Of a DNA stretch of 64,000 bases, positions 24,401 to 36,420 are shown one piece after another. The DNA comes from Mobula birostris (Eukaryota). Every line of letters begins with the position of its first letter. The stretch's first letter is position 1. The position numbers were made by a program, and so were the translations under genes. The notes below the pieces were generated by a model that saw nothing but the letters and a program-made list of their open reading frames with translations, ran no database searches and had not been told where the DNA came from. Location: contig NC_092377.1 of NCBI RefSeq assembly GCF_030028105.1, positions 4,717,079 to 4,781,078 of the forward strand, in the 5' to 3' direction.

Positions 24401-25347
24401 CCCTATATTCTCCTTTCAGGACCTCTTCCCTTTTCCTACCTATGTCATTGGTACCTATATGTACCATGACTTCTGGCTCCTCACCCTCCCACTTCAGGAT
24501 ATCTTGGACACGATCAGAAATATCCCGGACCCTGGCACCAGGGAGGCAAGCTACCATCCGGGTCTCTGGACTGCGTCCACAGAATCACCTATCTGACCCC
24601 CTTACTATCGAGTCCCCTATCACAACTGCCCTCCTCTTCCTTTCCCTACCCTTCTGAGCTACAGGGCCAGACTCTGTGCCGGAGGCACGGCCACTTTCGC
24701 TTCCCCCGGGTAAGCTGTCCCCCCCAACAGTACTCAAACAGGAGTACCTGTTGTTAAGGGGCACAGCCACCGGGGTACTCCCTATTACCTGACTTTTCCC
24801 CTTCCCCTCCTAACCGTGACTCACTTGTCTGCCTCCCGTGGCCCCGGCGTGACCACCTGCCTGCAACTCCTCTCTATCACCTCCTCACTCTCCCTGACCA
24901 GACGAAGGTCATCGAGCTGCAGCTCCAGTTCCGTAACGCGGTCCCTTAGGAGCTGCATCTCGATGCACTTGGCGCAGATGTAGACGTCCGGGAGGCTTAG
25001 AGACTCCAGGGCCTCCCACATCTGACACCGAGAACAGCAAACTGCCCTCACACTCATACTGCCCCTCTCCTCAAATAACAACAGAAAATGAATGCCAAAC
25101 CTTCCTCGCCTTGCCCGTTTCCGCCTAAACCCGGTGAGCCGAAGCCCTTAAGCCTTCGCTCTGCTCCCGGCTCACTCTGCTGCCCGCTGTATGAGGCTCT
25201 GTTCCTTTTAAATCTGCCGCGCTGCACAGCCCGACGTCACACGCCTGCGCAGTCCCGCCTCTCAGAACGCCGATGGAAAAAAACCCGAAAAATTCAAAAA
25301 TGTCTTCCTCCGCACTCCCGCTCCGATTCTCAGACTTCCTTCTTCGA
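21405..25347 (-). mobile_element. Near full-length CR1 (family B) in the receptor's last intron, with internal deletion and palindrome
   Basis: 5' UTR at 25080-25347 matches 36421-36680; ORF1 pieces; ORF2 as 22510-24048 (512 aa), 22124-22513 and 21497-22096; CATAGAAA tail at about 21405. Confidence 0.95.
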
Positions 25348-25900
25348 ATCAACACCACCATAGCCCGGCTGCTCTGGAAACACTGGTGTTGCCATGGAGA
25401 TGTACAACCCTCTCCAACACAGGTGGGAATTCCCGGTTGGAACCGGATGGAATTTGCTGGTTTTGTACTGTGAAGGTTGGTCAGAGCTGAAACACATCGG
25501 CCAGTATCTGATCAAGTGACAGAATGGATTGGAGGGACTGAGTGGTTTTTTCTCCACACCCACTTTGCAGAGTCTGTTCAGGGCCCCTGATATGAGTCCA
25601 GCATTAGGACAGCAGCATTGTGTTGCTGATAGAGTCCCCCACCCATGGGTGCTATTGCCCTCAGCACCCTGCATCCAGCAGTAGCCTGGCATGGTAGTTA
25701 GAAACATGCATGTTGTCCATATCATTATCCCTGGCCACAGGTCCATGTTCAGGGTTAGCAGAGGTGACTTATCCCTGAGACCCCAAAACCCTGACAGTCA
25801 GAGACTCAGGAAAACCACTCAGACAGTGCCTGCCACATAGTTTAACTCTCCCATTCTTCACCGGCTCACCTCACACAACTCATTGTTGTTTTTGTTTCAG

Positions 25901-25929
25901 CCGACAATAAACCACCGTCTCGCAGCTGA
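25901..25929 (+). CDS. Probable terminal coding exon of the V2 receptor
   Basis: Strong acceptor TTGTTGTTTTTGTTTCAG; phase 1 gives (A)DNKPPSRS-stop. Alternative acceptors exist nearer, e.g. 20498 giving GSVT-stop, so this is not unique. Confidence 0.45.
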
Positions 25930-26679
25930 ACCGCAGTGGGAATCGGTCTGTATGACCTCGGCTGGGGGAGGAACCCTGGATGGATTTCTGCACAGACACA
26001 CTCATCAGACATGGAAAAGTTTAAGGCTCAGACATTCTACTCATTTGATGTGCAAGACAAGAATTTTACCAGAGACAACATTTGGGATGTTTCTATCAGG
26101 GGAAACTGACCCTGGTGGATGGTTGAGATCGAGGGGGTGGAATATGATCAGAGCCCAGTTGTTGGAACATAGAACAGTACAGCACTGGACTGGCCATTCC
26201 GCCCACAATACTGTGCTGATCTTGGTGACAATTTGTACTAAATGTCCTCCTCCTGTGTATCATCCATATCCCTCCGTTCCCTTCAATGTCATTTCGAACA
26301 TCGGCCACAGAACAATATTGCACTGGAACAGACCCTTTGGACTTGATGTGTCAAAATAATTAAAATTTGCAATCAAATGCCCAGTGAATCTAATTATTTC
26401 TGCCCACACAATGTCCATATCCCTCCACTTCCTGCCAATTCATGTGTCTACCCAAGGACATCTTGAACGTCTCTGTCACATTTGTCAGCAGCGCCACCCC
26501 GGCAGTGAATTCCAGACTCTCCCCCTCTCTGTTTCAGAAACTTGCCCCTCGTATCTCCTTTGAAATTACCCTCTCTCACTTTCAATGCCTGCCCTCTGGG
26601 ACGAGACATTTCACCGGTGGAGAAAAGACACTGGTATCTATCTGTGCCCCACATAATATTACATACATTAATATATTTG

Positions 26680-26945
26680 GGCACCACGGTTGGGTAGCGG
26701 TCAGCGCGATGCTATTTCAGCTCGTGACGTCGGAGTTCAGAGTTCAATCCTGGCATCCTCTCTGAGGATTTTGTACGTCCACCCTGTGGAATGTGTGGGT
26801 TTTCCCTGGGTGCCTCGGTTTCCTCCCACAGTCTAAAGATGTATCAGAGAGGTTAATTGGTGATTGGGTTCGGGTTAAATCAGGTCTGTTGGTGGTTGCT
26901 GGTCTACACGGGTCGATGGGCCGGAAGGGCCGACTCCACACTCAA
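26680..26945 (+). mobile_element. tRNA-derived V-SINE (HE1-like)
   Basis: tRNA-like head with GGAGTTCAGAGTTCAATCC and the V-domain GGGTTTTCCCTGGGTGCCTCGGTTTCCTCCCACAGTCTAAAGA. Confidence 0.8.
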
Positions 26946-27098
26946 TCTGTAAACAAACAAACAAACTTCTAACAAATCCGAGATATGCAATTCACCAGAT
27001 CCAGGTCCCATCACGGTTCAGGTGGAGGAACTCAGCAGGCCAGGCAGCATCTGTGGATAAAAACACAGTCAATGTTTCGGGCTCGGATTTCCAGCATC

Positions 27099-27515
27099 TG
27101 TCACAACCACGGATTCGGCAGCGCAGCAGATTCAGCAATTGCGCTCGTCAATACGCACGTGTCAGCTTGTTATCATTTCATTGTGATAGTATTTAACTCC
27201 ATTCATTCCGTCGCAGTTTTTGTCGAGATTTGAACATAGCTACGCTTCGTTATCTGCATTCCACCTTGCCTGAGAAATTGGACCATCGAGTCAACTGTCT
27301 CTGAAGACCAGCGATATTCGTTTAATTCTTAGTTGTTCTTTTCAGCCACAGTGTAGACTTCGTTTTCGATTTGAGCGTTTTAGTTAACGGCTCTGTTTGG
27401 CCTAGTGTTGACTGTTTTCTTTCCCTTTAACACTGTTCGCAATAAAGTCTGTGAACTATTGACCTGCTTCAGTGTCTCTCACTCCGCACTTGGGCCCTGT
27501 CTGAACCGGGTGACA
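27099..27515 (+). mobile_element. Solo LTR (417 bp) with 5-bp TSD
   Basis: TGTCAC...GTGACA ends, AATAAA at 27441, GCATC at 27094-27098 and 27516-27520; inserted in a Penelope-derived repeat. Confidence 0.9.
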
Positions 27516-29174
27516 GCATCTGCAGGTTTTCACTGTTTTATGGTTCAGGTGGAGCCCGTCCCAATGGAACAGCTCCCTCCTTCCCCAGTACTGGTGCCAG
27601 TTCTCCATGAATTCAAACCCACTTTCCTACACCAATCCTCAAGTCACGCATTTAACTCTCTAATCTTCTTCACTCTGTGCCAATTTGCACGTGGCTCAGG
27701 TAATAAACCAGAGATTACCAGCTTTTTGGCTCAGGCTAGGAAACACCATCTCCTCTGTAATCTGTAAGAGTCTATGAGGTTGATGCCACTTTACCTCACT
27801 TCTATAGAGGCTGCATCTGGCTCCTGTCTAAATACAGATGCAAAAGTTTATTCAAGATTTATTTTCTGGTTTAAGATGGCACTGGTGCAGCTCAGTGATG
27901 ACTTGCTGGTGGCAAATAAAACAAAGAAAGGAACTAAATACTTTATAAATCACACTTTTACTGGGAAACGATTACTGCAAATAATAGACTGTAACTTCCC
28001 TGCCGGAGTTGAGCTTTTGAACGGACTGTACGACCTGGCGGTGGGAACTGCAGTCTCAAAGGTGCAGGACGGTCGTAGCGCGGTGAGTACGGGCTGAATC
28101 GAGGCAGCGGGGTCTGGGTGAGAGAGCCGAGAAACGAGATTCCCGGATGATATGTTTCTCGTTCTCACCCACAGAACCTCCTTTCCATTCTCCTATCTAA
28201 TGAATCCCCTATCGCCACAGCTTGTCTCTTCTCATCACTTCTCTTTTGAGTCAAGTGCCAGACGCGTGTGATTTTCCTCTGCTGCGTCGCTCTCTCCAAC
28301 AGCAGGCAGAGTGATAACCTGTTGTTGAGGGGGATGGCAAAAGAAAGCCACTCTGTATCTCTAAATACATAAAGATCAATCTGAACCTTTTCTCTCACAT
28401 TACCCTCCATTGTTCTATCATGTATGCACCTCTTAAAGGTCCCTAGTGTTTCTGCCTCTACAACCACCCCTGGCAAAGCATTGCACACACACCCTCTACT
28501 CTCTGAGTAAAAACCTACCTCTGACACCCCTCCCCATACATTCCTCCAATCAACCTAAAATTATGCCCCTTGTGTTAGCCATTACCCTGGGAAGAAGTCT
28601 CTGGCCATCTACTTGATATATGACCTATCACCTTGAACACCTCTATCAAGATACCTCTCATCCTCCTTCTCTCCAGAGGGAAAAGCCCAGGTTTGCTCAA
28701 CCTATCCTTATAAGACATTCTCTCTAATCCAGGCAGCATCCTGGTAAATCTTCTCTGCTCCTCTCAAAAGCTTCCACAACCTTCCTATAATGGTGTGACC
28801 AACTGAACACAATATTCCAAGTGTGGTCCAACCAGAGTTTTATACAGCTGCCATATCATCTTGCATCTTTGAACTCAATCCCCTGACTAATGAAGACCAA
28901 TAGATGCAAGTATCTTCTGGAATATTCCATTTCATTGAAGAAACATCAACCCATTGATGAAAATTTTACTGAGTCACCACAAATCCAAAATATTATAAAA
29001 TATTTTTATTAATATCTATTTTCATTAAAATGCAGCATTGGTAACAGCTGGGTTGAGAGAGTGGTCCTGGTGTTCAGTGCGTGGGAGCACAGCTAGCCCC
29101 TGACTCAGAGAACTGGAGCACGGTAGTCAGGGTCGGTTGGAGTGTGTTATCCTGGCTCAACTGTCCTCCCACCT

Positions 29175-29300
29175 TCAGATAATTCCAGCCAGCCATGGGG
29201 GCAGGAAGAGTCCATTGGTTCCCAACAGGCAAGCAGTGATGAATATCCAGAGAAAAGTCCAGTCAATCACCATGGCAAAGTACTTCCAATCTTGTTTGAC
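29175..29300 (-). pseudogene. CHRNA4: Last (TM4) exon of a neuronal nicotinic acetylcholine receptor alpha subunit, CHRNA4/CHRNA2-like, apparently inactivated
   Basis: [41 protein letters not shown]-stop versus recalled alpha4 C-terminus [41 protein letters not shown]. The pyrimidine tract ends CTACAT instead of AG. AATAAA lies downstream (plus TTTATT 29005-29010). Alpha4 versus alpha2 is uncertain. Confidence 0.85.
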
Positions 29301-30579
29301 ATGTAGTGGTGGAGGAGAATGGGGAAAAGTCAGGTGAAATTGGGAAAATGGAATGTGCAGCAGTTGTGGGATATCTGCTACTCTCCATCTGAACAGAGAA
29401 CTTTGAACTTTGAACTTCTCCAGGGTGTGGTCTAGAAATCCCAGGTCTACTAGATATTCAGTGCAAAGTGTGCCATACACCTAGAAATGAGTGAGAGAGA
29501 CAGAAAGTAGCAAGGACCTGCAACTTTTTGAGCAGCGTAACAAACCTCTGGACGTTGCAGAATTCTTGGGGAAATTAAGATTAATCTCCTGAGCTCTGCT
29601 CTCACCAGAACCTGGGAGCACACTCTTCAGGCATTTTTGTCACATTGGAACCATGAGAGACGGCTGACAACACTTGAGGGACTGAGGTATAGAGAGAAGT
29701 TGGACTTTATTCATTAAATCGCAGGAAACTGAAGGGTGATCTGAAAGAGAAGCATGGATCAGGTAGGTACAGAAAACCACAGGAGCAGAATTGGGCCACT
29801 TGGCCTATTGAGTCAGATGTGGTTTTTCATTACGACTGATTTACAATCCCATTCAGCCCTATTCTTCTCCCTTCTCTGTGTAATGTTTAACATCCAAACT
29901 AATCAAAACTTATCAACCTCCACTATAAATATACCCAATGACTTAGAGTCACAGCCGTCTATGCCAATGAATTCCACAGTTTTGCCATTCGTTGGCTGAA
30001 GAAACTTCTTGTCATTTTTGTTCTAAAGGGATAAAACTATTCTAAGGCTGTGCTGTCTCCTCCAACACTCGCACATTATTGGAAACATCCTCTCCACGCC
30101 AACTGTATCTCGGCCTTTCAATATTCGATAAGTTTCAATGAGATCCCTGCTCATTCTTCTAAACTCCAGTCGCTATAGACCCACAGCCATCAAGCACTCC
30201 CGGAATCATTCTTGTGAATCTCCTCCGGACCCTTCCAATTCCAACACATCCTTTCTAAGATGAGGGACCCAGAACTGCTTGCAATGCTCCAAGTGTGGTC
30301 TGGCCAAAGCCTTATAAAGCCTCAGTCACTCAGTCTTTTTCCCAGAGTTGTGCAATTATGAACTGGCAGGGAGGAGAGATTTGATTAAAATTTGTGTTGC
30401 AACTTCCTTACAAAATATGATGGTATCTATGTGGAAAGAGCTGCCAGACAAAGTGGTTGAGACAGGTACAATAACAACTTTTAAAAGACACTTGACACAT
30501 TTCTTTAATAGCTTAAGCAAGAAAGCTTCTTTATTTCCATCTTTTACAGTTTCAAAATAACAAAAAAGGAAAAGGGCCC

Positions 30580-31251
30580 AAAGCAAAAGTTTGGGCACCC
30601 TGCATAGTCAGTACTTAGTAATACCCCCTTTGGCAAGTATCACAGCTTGTAAACTCTTTCTGTGGCCAGCTAAGAGTCTTTCAATTCTTGTTTGGGGGAT
30701 TTTCACCCATTCTTCCTTGCAAAAGGTTTCTTGTTCTGTGAGATTCTTGGGCCATCTTGCATGCACTGCTCTTTTTGTGGTCTATCCACAGATTCTCGAT
30801 GATGTTTAGGTCAGGGGACTGTGAGGGCCATGGCAAAACCTTCAGCTTGCGCCTCTTGAGGTAGTCTATTGTGGATTTTGAGGTGTGTTTAGGATGATTA
30901 TCTTGTTGTAGAAGCCATCCTCTTTTCATCTTCGGCTTTTTTACAGATGGTGTGATGTTTGCTTCCAGAATTTGCTGGTATTTAATTGAATTCATTTTTC
31001 CCTCTACCAGTAAATGTTCCCTGTGCCACTGGCTGCAACACAAGCCCAAAGCATGATCAATCTACCCCCGTGCTTAACAGTTGGAGAGGTGTTCTTTACA
31101 TGAAATTATGCACGCTTTTTTCTCCAATCATACCTTTGCTCATTGCGGCCAAAAAGTTCTATTCAAAAGGTTCAAAGGGACGTCCAAACAAGCCTGATGC
31201 ATTTTGGAAACAAGTCCTGTGGACTGAAGAAGTTAAAATAGAACTTTTTGG
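30580..31251 (-). mobile_element. Tc1/mariner transposase fragment with inverted internal piece
   Basis: Minus strand QQDNHPKHTSKST...WPSQSPDLNIIENLW; plus-strand piece 31164-31251 PNKPDAFWKQVLWTEEVKIELFG. Confidence 0.88.
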
Positions 31252-31563
31252 TTCAATTACATTGTTTAGTGTAGAGATCAGCACAACGTTATCACAGTGC
31301 GCAGTGTTGGAGATTGAAACTGAATCCCAGGGATCAATTGTGTCAGGTAGTGTAATCTTATCACAAAGTTATCACAGCTCAGGGCGTCGGAGTTTGGAGC
31401 TCAATCTCCGAACTCTAAGGATTTACAGTTCAGGCTGAATGGTCTAAATCAGGGTACACATGTACACAGTGTATTGAAAGGACAGCAGGTAGGCAGAGGA
31501 GCAGGGTGGCTCTATTTGTAAAAAATGAAATCAAATCCTTAGAAAATAGGATCAGATGATATA

Positions 31564-31793
31564 AAAGGAAAATAAACATTTAAATAGATAATTATGTACT
31601 GTGGTAAATCTAACCTATTAGGCTAAGTAATGAAATTAGTTGTTAAGAAAAATTATATCATCTCAATGTGTACTTAAGAATGTATAAATAATTGTAGTTT
31701 TATACATATAAAAAATGGAAAAGGTTATATGTGTGAAAAAAGTACATGATATTTGTGAATTCCTTGTCCAAATAAAAATAAAATTAAAAAATA
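31564..31793 (+). mobile_element. AT-rich retroposed 3' end (L1/Tx1-like) with 23-bp TSD
   Basis: Ends ...CCAAATAAAAATAAAATTAAAAAATA; flanked by AGAAAATAGGATCAGA(T/A)GATATA at 31541-31563 and 31794-31816; sits inside a CR1 endonuclease region. Confidence 0.7.
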
Positions 31794-33069
31794 AGAAAAT
31801 AGGATCAGAAGATATAGATTCCTTGTGACAAAAGTTAAGAAACCCCAAGAGTAAAAAGACACTGATGGAACTGATACAGGCCTCCGAACAGCAGCCAGGA
31901 TGTACGATACAAGTTATGGGAGATAGAAAAGGCATATAAAAGGGGCAATGTTACGATAGTGAAGGCAGAGTTCAATATGCAGGTAGACTGGGAAAATCAA
32001 GTTGGTGCTAGATACCAAGATAGTCAATTTGTAGAATGCCTATGAAATGGCTTTTTGAGCAGCTTGTGGTCGAGCACACGAGGGAAAAGGCTGTTCTGGA
32101 TTGGGTGTTGAGTAATGAACCTACTTTGATTAGGGAGCTTAAGGTAAAGGGGGCCTTAGGAGGCAGTGATCATAATATGATAAAATGGATGACAGCAATT
32201 GCTGGAGTTTCTGGGAGCAATTCAGAAGGCACAGGATTGATACATCCCTAAGAGCTAGTATACTAAAGGCCGGATGGCACAACCATGGCTGACAAGGGAA
32301 GTCAAAGCCAACATAAAAGCAAAATAGAGGACATATAATAGAACAGATGTAGGTGGGAAGTTAGGGGATTGGGAAGCATTCGAAAACCAACAGAAGGCAA
32401 CTAAGTAGCTATAAGGAAGGCAAGGATGAAACATGAAGGTCAGATCGTCAATCACATCAATGGTTCAATGTATCATTTTAATATCAGAGAATGTGTACAA
32501 CCTGAAACGCTTACTCTTCACAAACATCCACAAAACAGGAAAAAAACCCAAAGAATGAATGAAAGAAACATCAGAACCCTGAAGGCCCCACTCCCCCCCC
32601 AAGCAAAAAGCATCAACACACTTGCACCAGTCCCCTCCCCCACCCCACGCAAGCAATAGCAAAAGTCCCCCAAAAAGACCTTGATCTTGAGTCCATCCCA
32701 GCATTTCAGTATCTTAGGCAGGCTCTCTCTCGCTCACGAGGGAGAGAGAGGTCGCTCCTGCAACAAGAAGAGTGAGAGACCAGCTTATGATGTTATATTT
32801 CTCTGCATTGTGGAAGACATGAGAAGTAAGCCAGACGTTTCAGAGTGTTGGAGGGCAGAAGTGGGTGCAATCGCTATTACTAAGGAGAAGGTGTTTGGGA
32901 AGCTGAAAGGTCTGAATGTAGATAAGTCACCTGGACCAGATGGAGTACACCCCAGGGTTATGAAAGAGGCAGCTACAGAGATTGTGGGGAATTAGCAATG
33001 ATCTTTCACAAATCACTAAATTCTGCCTTGGTTCCGAAGGACTGGAGAATTGCAATGTCACTCCATCCT

Positions 33070-36000
33070 ATAACCATATAATCATATAAAAATTACAGCA
33101 CGGAAACAGGGCATTTCGGTCCTTCTAGTCCGTGCCGAACTTTTACTCTCACCTAGTCCCACTGACCTGCACTCAGCCCATAACCCTCCATAACTTTCCT
33201 ATGCATATATCTATCCAATTTAACTTTAAACAACAACATCAAACCTGTCTCAATCACTTCTGCTGGAAGCTCGTTCCACACAGCTACCACTCTCTGAGTA
33301 AAGAAGTTCTCCCTCATGTTACCCCTAAACTTTTGCCCCCTAACTCTCAACTGATGCCCTCTTGTTTGAATCTCCCCCACTCTCAATGGAAAAAGCCTAT
33401 CCACATCAACTCTATCTATCCCCCTCATAATTTTAAATAGCTCTATCAAGTCCCCCCTCAACCTTCTACATTCCAAAGAATAAAGACCCAACTTGTTCAA
33501 CCTTTCTCTGTAACTTAGGTGATGAAACCCAGGTAACATTCTATTAAATCTTCTCTGTACTCTCTCTATTTTGTTGACATCTTTCCTATAATTCGGTGAC
33601 CAAAACTGTACACAATACTCCACATTTGGCCTCAACAATGCCTTGTACAGTTTCAACATTACATCCCAACTCCTATACTCAATGCTCTGATTTATAAAGG
33701 CCAGCATACCAAAAGCTTTCTTCACCACCCTACTCACATGAGATTCCACCTTCAGGGAACTATGCACCATTATTCCTAGATCACTCTGTTCTACTGCATT
33801 CTTCAATGCCCTACCATTTACCATGTATGTCCTATTTTGATTAGTCCTACCAAAATGTAACACCTCACATTTATCAGCATTAAACTCCATCTGCCATCTT
33901 TCCGCCCACTCTTCTAACTGGCCTAAATCTCTTTGCAAGCTTTGAAAACCTACTTCACTATCCACAACTCCACCTAGCTTAGTATCACCTGCATACTTAC
34001 TCATCCAATTTATCACCCCATCATCCAGGTCATTAGTGTATATGACAAATAACATTGGACTCAGTACAGATTCCTGAGGCACACCACTAGTCACCAACCT
34101 CCAATCTGACAAACAGTTTTCCACCACCACTCTCTGGCGTCTCCCATCCAGCCACTGCTGAATCCATTTTACTACTTCAACATTAATACCTAACGATTGA
34201 ACCTTCCTAACCAACCTTCTGTGTGGGACCTTGTCAAAGACCTTACTGAAGTCCATATAGACAACATCCACTGCTTTACCCTCGTCAACTTTCCTCTTCA
34301 AAAAATTCCATGAGATTTGTCCAACATTACCTTCCACGCACAAATCCATGTTGACTGTTCGTAATCAGACCCTGTCTATCCAGACAATTATATATACCAT
34401 CTCTAAGAATACTTTCCGTCAATTTAACCACCACTGATGTCAAACTCACAGGCCGATAATTGCTAGGCTTACTCTTAGAACCCTTTTTAAACAATGGAAC
34501 AACATGAGCAATACGTCAATCCTCCGGCACCATCCCTGTTTCTAATGACATTTGAAATATTTCTGTCAGAGCCCCTGCTATTTCCACACTAACTTCCCTC
34601 AAGGTCCGAGGGAATATCCTGTCAGGACCCGGAGACTTATCCACTTTTATATTCCTTAAAAACTCCAGTACTTCCTATTCTTTAATCATTACAGTTTCCA
34701 TAACTTCCCTACCTGTTTCTCTTACCTTACCCAATTCAATATCCTTCTCCTTCGTGAATACCGAAGAAAAGAAATTGTTCAGAGTCTCCCTATCTCTTTT
34801 GGCTCCACACATAGCTGTCCACTCTGATTCTCTATGGGACCAATTTTATCCCTCACTATCCTTTTGCTATTAATAAACTGTAGAAACCCTTTGGATTTAT
34901 TTTCACCTTACCTGCCAAAGCAACCTCATATCTTCTTTTAGCTTTTTTGATTTCTTTCATAAGATTCTTTTTACGTTCCTCAAGCACCTCATTTACTCCA
35001 CGCTGCCTATATTTAGTGTAGATAGCTCTCTTTTTCCGAACCGAGTTTCCGATATCCCTTGAAAACCATGGCTCTCTCAAACTTTTAACCTGTCCTTTTA
35101 TCCTAACAGGAACAAAAAGATTCTGTACTCTCAAATTTTCACCTTTGAATGACCTCCATTTCTCTATTATATTCTTCCCATCAAACAAATTGTCCCAATC
35201 CACTCCTTCTAAATCCTTTTGCATCTCCTCAAAGTTAGCCTTTCTCCAATCAAAAATCTCAACCCTGGGTCCAGACCTATCCTTCTCCATAGTTATATAG
35301 AAACTAATAGCATTGTGATCACTGGACCCGAAGTGCTCCCCAACACAAACATCTGTCACCTGACCTATCTCATTCCCTAACAGGAGATCCAACACTGCCC
35401 CTTCTCTAGTTGGTATCTCTGTGTATTGCTGCAAAAAACTATCCTGCACACATTTTACAAACTCCAAACCACCCAGCCCTACAGTATGGGCTTCCCAGTC
35501 TACGTGTGGAAAATTTAAATCTCCCACAATCACAACTTTGTGCTTACCACAAATATCTGCTATCTCCTTCCAAATTTGCTCCTCCAATTCTCGCTCCCCA
35601 TTTGGTGGTCTATAATACACCCCCATAAGAGTTACTACACCTTTCCCATTCCTTAATTCCACCCAAATAGCTTCCCTAGATGAGCCCTCTAATCTATTCT
35701 GCCAGAGCACCGCTATAATATTGTGTCTGACAAGCAATGCAACACCTCCCCATCTTGTCCCTCCGATTCTATCACACCTGAAGCAATTAAATCCAGGAAT
35801 ATTTAGTTGCCAATCACACCCCTCCTGTAACCATGTTTCACTAATAGCTACCACATCATACTTCCAGGTATCAATCCATGCTTTAAGCTCATCCACCTTT
35901 CTTATAATGCTCCTAGAATTAAAATAAATGCATTTATGAAATGTTCCACCTTACTCTCTGTTTATCACTAACGGTGCAAACAACTTTACTATTTTCTTTT

Positions 36001-36420
36001 TCTTCCTTCTTCCCTACATCTGTTCCTACGCAGTGGTTCTTCTCCCACCTCGTATGTAGTTTAAATCCATCGGAGCCTGTCTAGCAAATCTATCTGCAAG
36101 AATATTTGTCCCCCTCCAGTTCAGATGTAGACTGTCCCGCCGGAACAGGTCCCACCTTCCCTGGAAAACTGCCCAATTATCTATAAATCTGAAGCCCTCC
36201 CTCCTGCACCATGTCTTCAGCCACGTGTTGATCTGCGCTATCTTACTATTTCTAAACCCGCCTGCATGTGGCACTGGTAGCAATCCTGAGATTGCTATCC
36301 TGGAGGTCCTGTCCTTTAACTTGGCTTCTAACCCACTAAGCTCTCCTTTCAGGTCCTCCTCACTCCTCCTATCCACGTCATTGGTCCCTACATGGACCAC
36401 AACATCATGACTGCTCACCC
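33070..36420 (-). mobile_element. CR1 family A, near full-length, continuing at about 40790-41010 beyond a nested CR1
   Basis: ORFs 33153-34349 (398 aa RT), 34856-35896 (endonuclease) and 36026-36424 (ORF1); ORF1 resumes at about 40790 (PGAKVHDILD, VIGDSIVRGTD). Confidence 0.92.

Noticed and set aside
26680-26770. tRNA-like sequence
   Set aside because: Head of a V-SINE, not a functional tRNA gene.
29301-29480. N-terminal 60 aa of ORF 29175-29480
   Set aside because: Intron read-through; nAChR similarity begins exactly at VKQDW after the pyrimidine tract.
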